Below are positions 63,622 through 64,000 of a stretch of DNA of 64,000 bases, piece by piece. The position numbers and the translations under genes were made by a program. Under the pieces are notes generated by a model that was not told the origin of the DNA, did not search any database, and saw only the letters and a list, made by a program, of their open reading frames with translations. Source of the DNA: an uncultured Clostridia bacterium (GTDB lineage: Bacteria > Bacillota > Clostridia > Christensenellales > CAG-138); NCBI GenBank assembly GCA_946411635.1, contig CAMKES010000002.1:134585-198584 (forward strand), written 5' to 3'. Each line of letters begins with the position of its first letter. Positions within the stretch are counted from its first letter, which is position 1.

Positions 63622-64000
63622 TCACTTAATCTGTGACAATTGTTTTATACGATATGATTGGGCTTCTACTACCCATGCGTCGCCTGCCATAATCTTCGCA
63701 GCAGGATTTATTATTATCTCAGGGTAATAGTCCGGATTAATTGTTTTTGATAATTCCACCAAATATATACAGTATTTTTCTCCTAAAAGCTTTGCGATTT
63801 CATACTCGTTTTTAGACCACAGGAAACCATCTTTTGATACAGCTTTTACTTCAATAAAACGGTCTGGCTCAACTGATTCTTTTGAACAAAAAGAAATAAT
63901 ATCGTAGCCTGCTGCAACGTCAATTTCTGATATTCTCTTTATTCTATCACAAAGTGGCTCGCCAATTCGTTTTTTCTCAAACGATAAAACGAATAATTCG
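63622..64000 (-). CDS. C-terminal part of a DUF3883-type (restriction-endonuclease-fold) domain protein; 5' end outside the window
   Basis: Hand translation of the minus strand gives ...ELFVLSFEKKRIGEPLCDRIKRISEIDVAAGYDIISFCSKESVEPDRFIEVKAVSKDGFLWSKNEYEIAKLLGEKYCIYLVELSK...QLSQIK*, with the TGA at 63622-63624. The GYDI...IEVK...S.NE...Y.IYLV pattern matches DUF3883 as I recall it. The ORF has no start in the window, so it is absent from the ORF track. Confidence 0.55.
   Translation of the reverse strand, partial: ELFVLSFEKKRIGEPLCDRIKRISEIDVAAGYDIISFCSKESVEPDRFIEVKAVSKDGFLWSKNEYEIAKLLGEKYCIYLVELSKTINPDYYPEIIINPAAKIMAGDAWVVEAQSYRIKQLSQIK

Larger units (their letters stand above)
56329..64000. 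mobile_element. Integrative mobilizable element (serine-recombinase type) next to tRNA-fMet; right end beyond the window
   Basis: A contiguous minus-strand block carries a large serine recombinase, a ParB-like protein, a relaxase, MobC and a sigma-like regulator, followed by AT-richer cargo. It starts directly after a tRNA gene. Base composition is visibly lower in GC than the preceding 56 kb. The left junction can only be placed between 56275 and about 56340. Confidence 0.75.

Overview
High-GC Firmicutes/Clostridia-type chromosome segment. The taxon is inferred from the sporulation genes ytfJ/ytfI/cotF, the IspH-S1 fusion, GGAGG ribosome-binding sites and the gene order. About 56 kb is densely packed core genome, mostly on the minus strand. 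In order it carries: (1) the complete rimP-nusA-ylxR-ylxQ-infB-rbfA-nrnA-truB-ribF-rpsO-pnp array; (2) pgsA translationally coupled to a four-gene Na+-translocating biotin decarboxylase operon; (3) a DUF421/DUF4363 pair and adenine deaminase; (4) two paralogous BMP-family (nucleoside-type) ABC uptake operons flanking rluB-dacB-ytfJ-ytfI; (5) ispH::rpsA fusion-plsC-cmk-flavoprotein-surE; (6) two tandem membrane-anchored beta-propeller paralogs; (7) a nagB-LbH transferase-glmM operon; (8) glnS-gltX-ychF; (9) a BlaI/BlaR1-like pair with a very large sensor; (10) an initiator tRNA-Met. From about 56.3 kb to the window end lies an integrative mobilizable element with a large serine recombinase, ParB-like protein, MobC, a relaxase and a sigma-like regulator. 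Its distal part is visibly AT-richer and carries an Mrr/MspJI-like restriction nuclease and a truncated DUF3883 protein. The most notable observation is that the nagB-LbH-glmM operon is preceded by what reads as a glmS (GlcN6P-dependent) ribozyme, although the window contains no glmS gene. All calls rest on reading the sequence and the ORF translations; no database search or covariance-model run was possible. Many ORF-track entries are N-terminally over-extended, or are antisense shadow ORFs typical of high-GC DNA. I re-set starts using RBS position, neighbouring stop codons and terminators.
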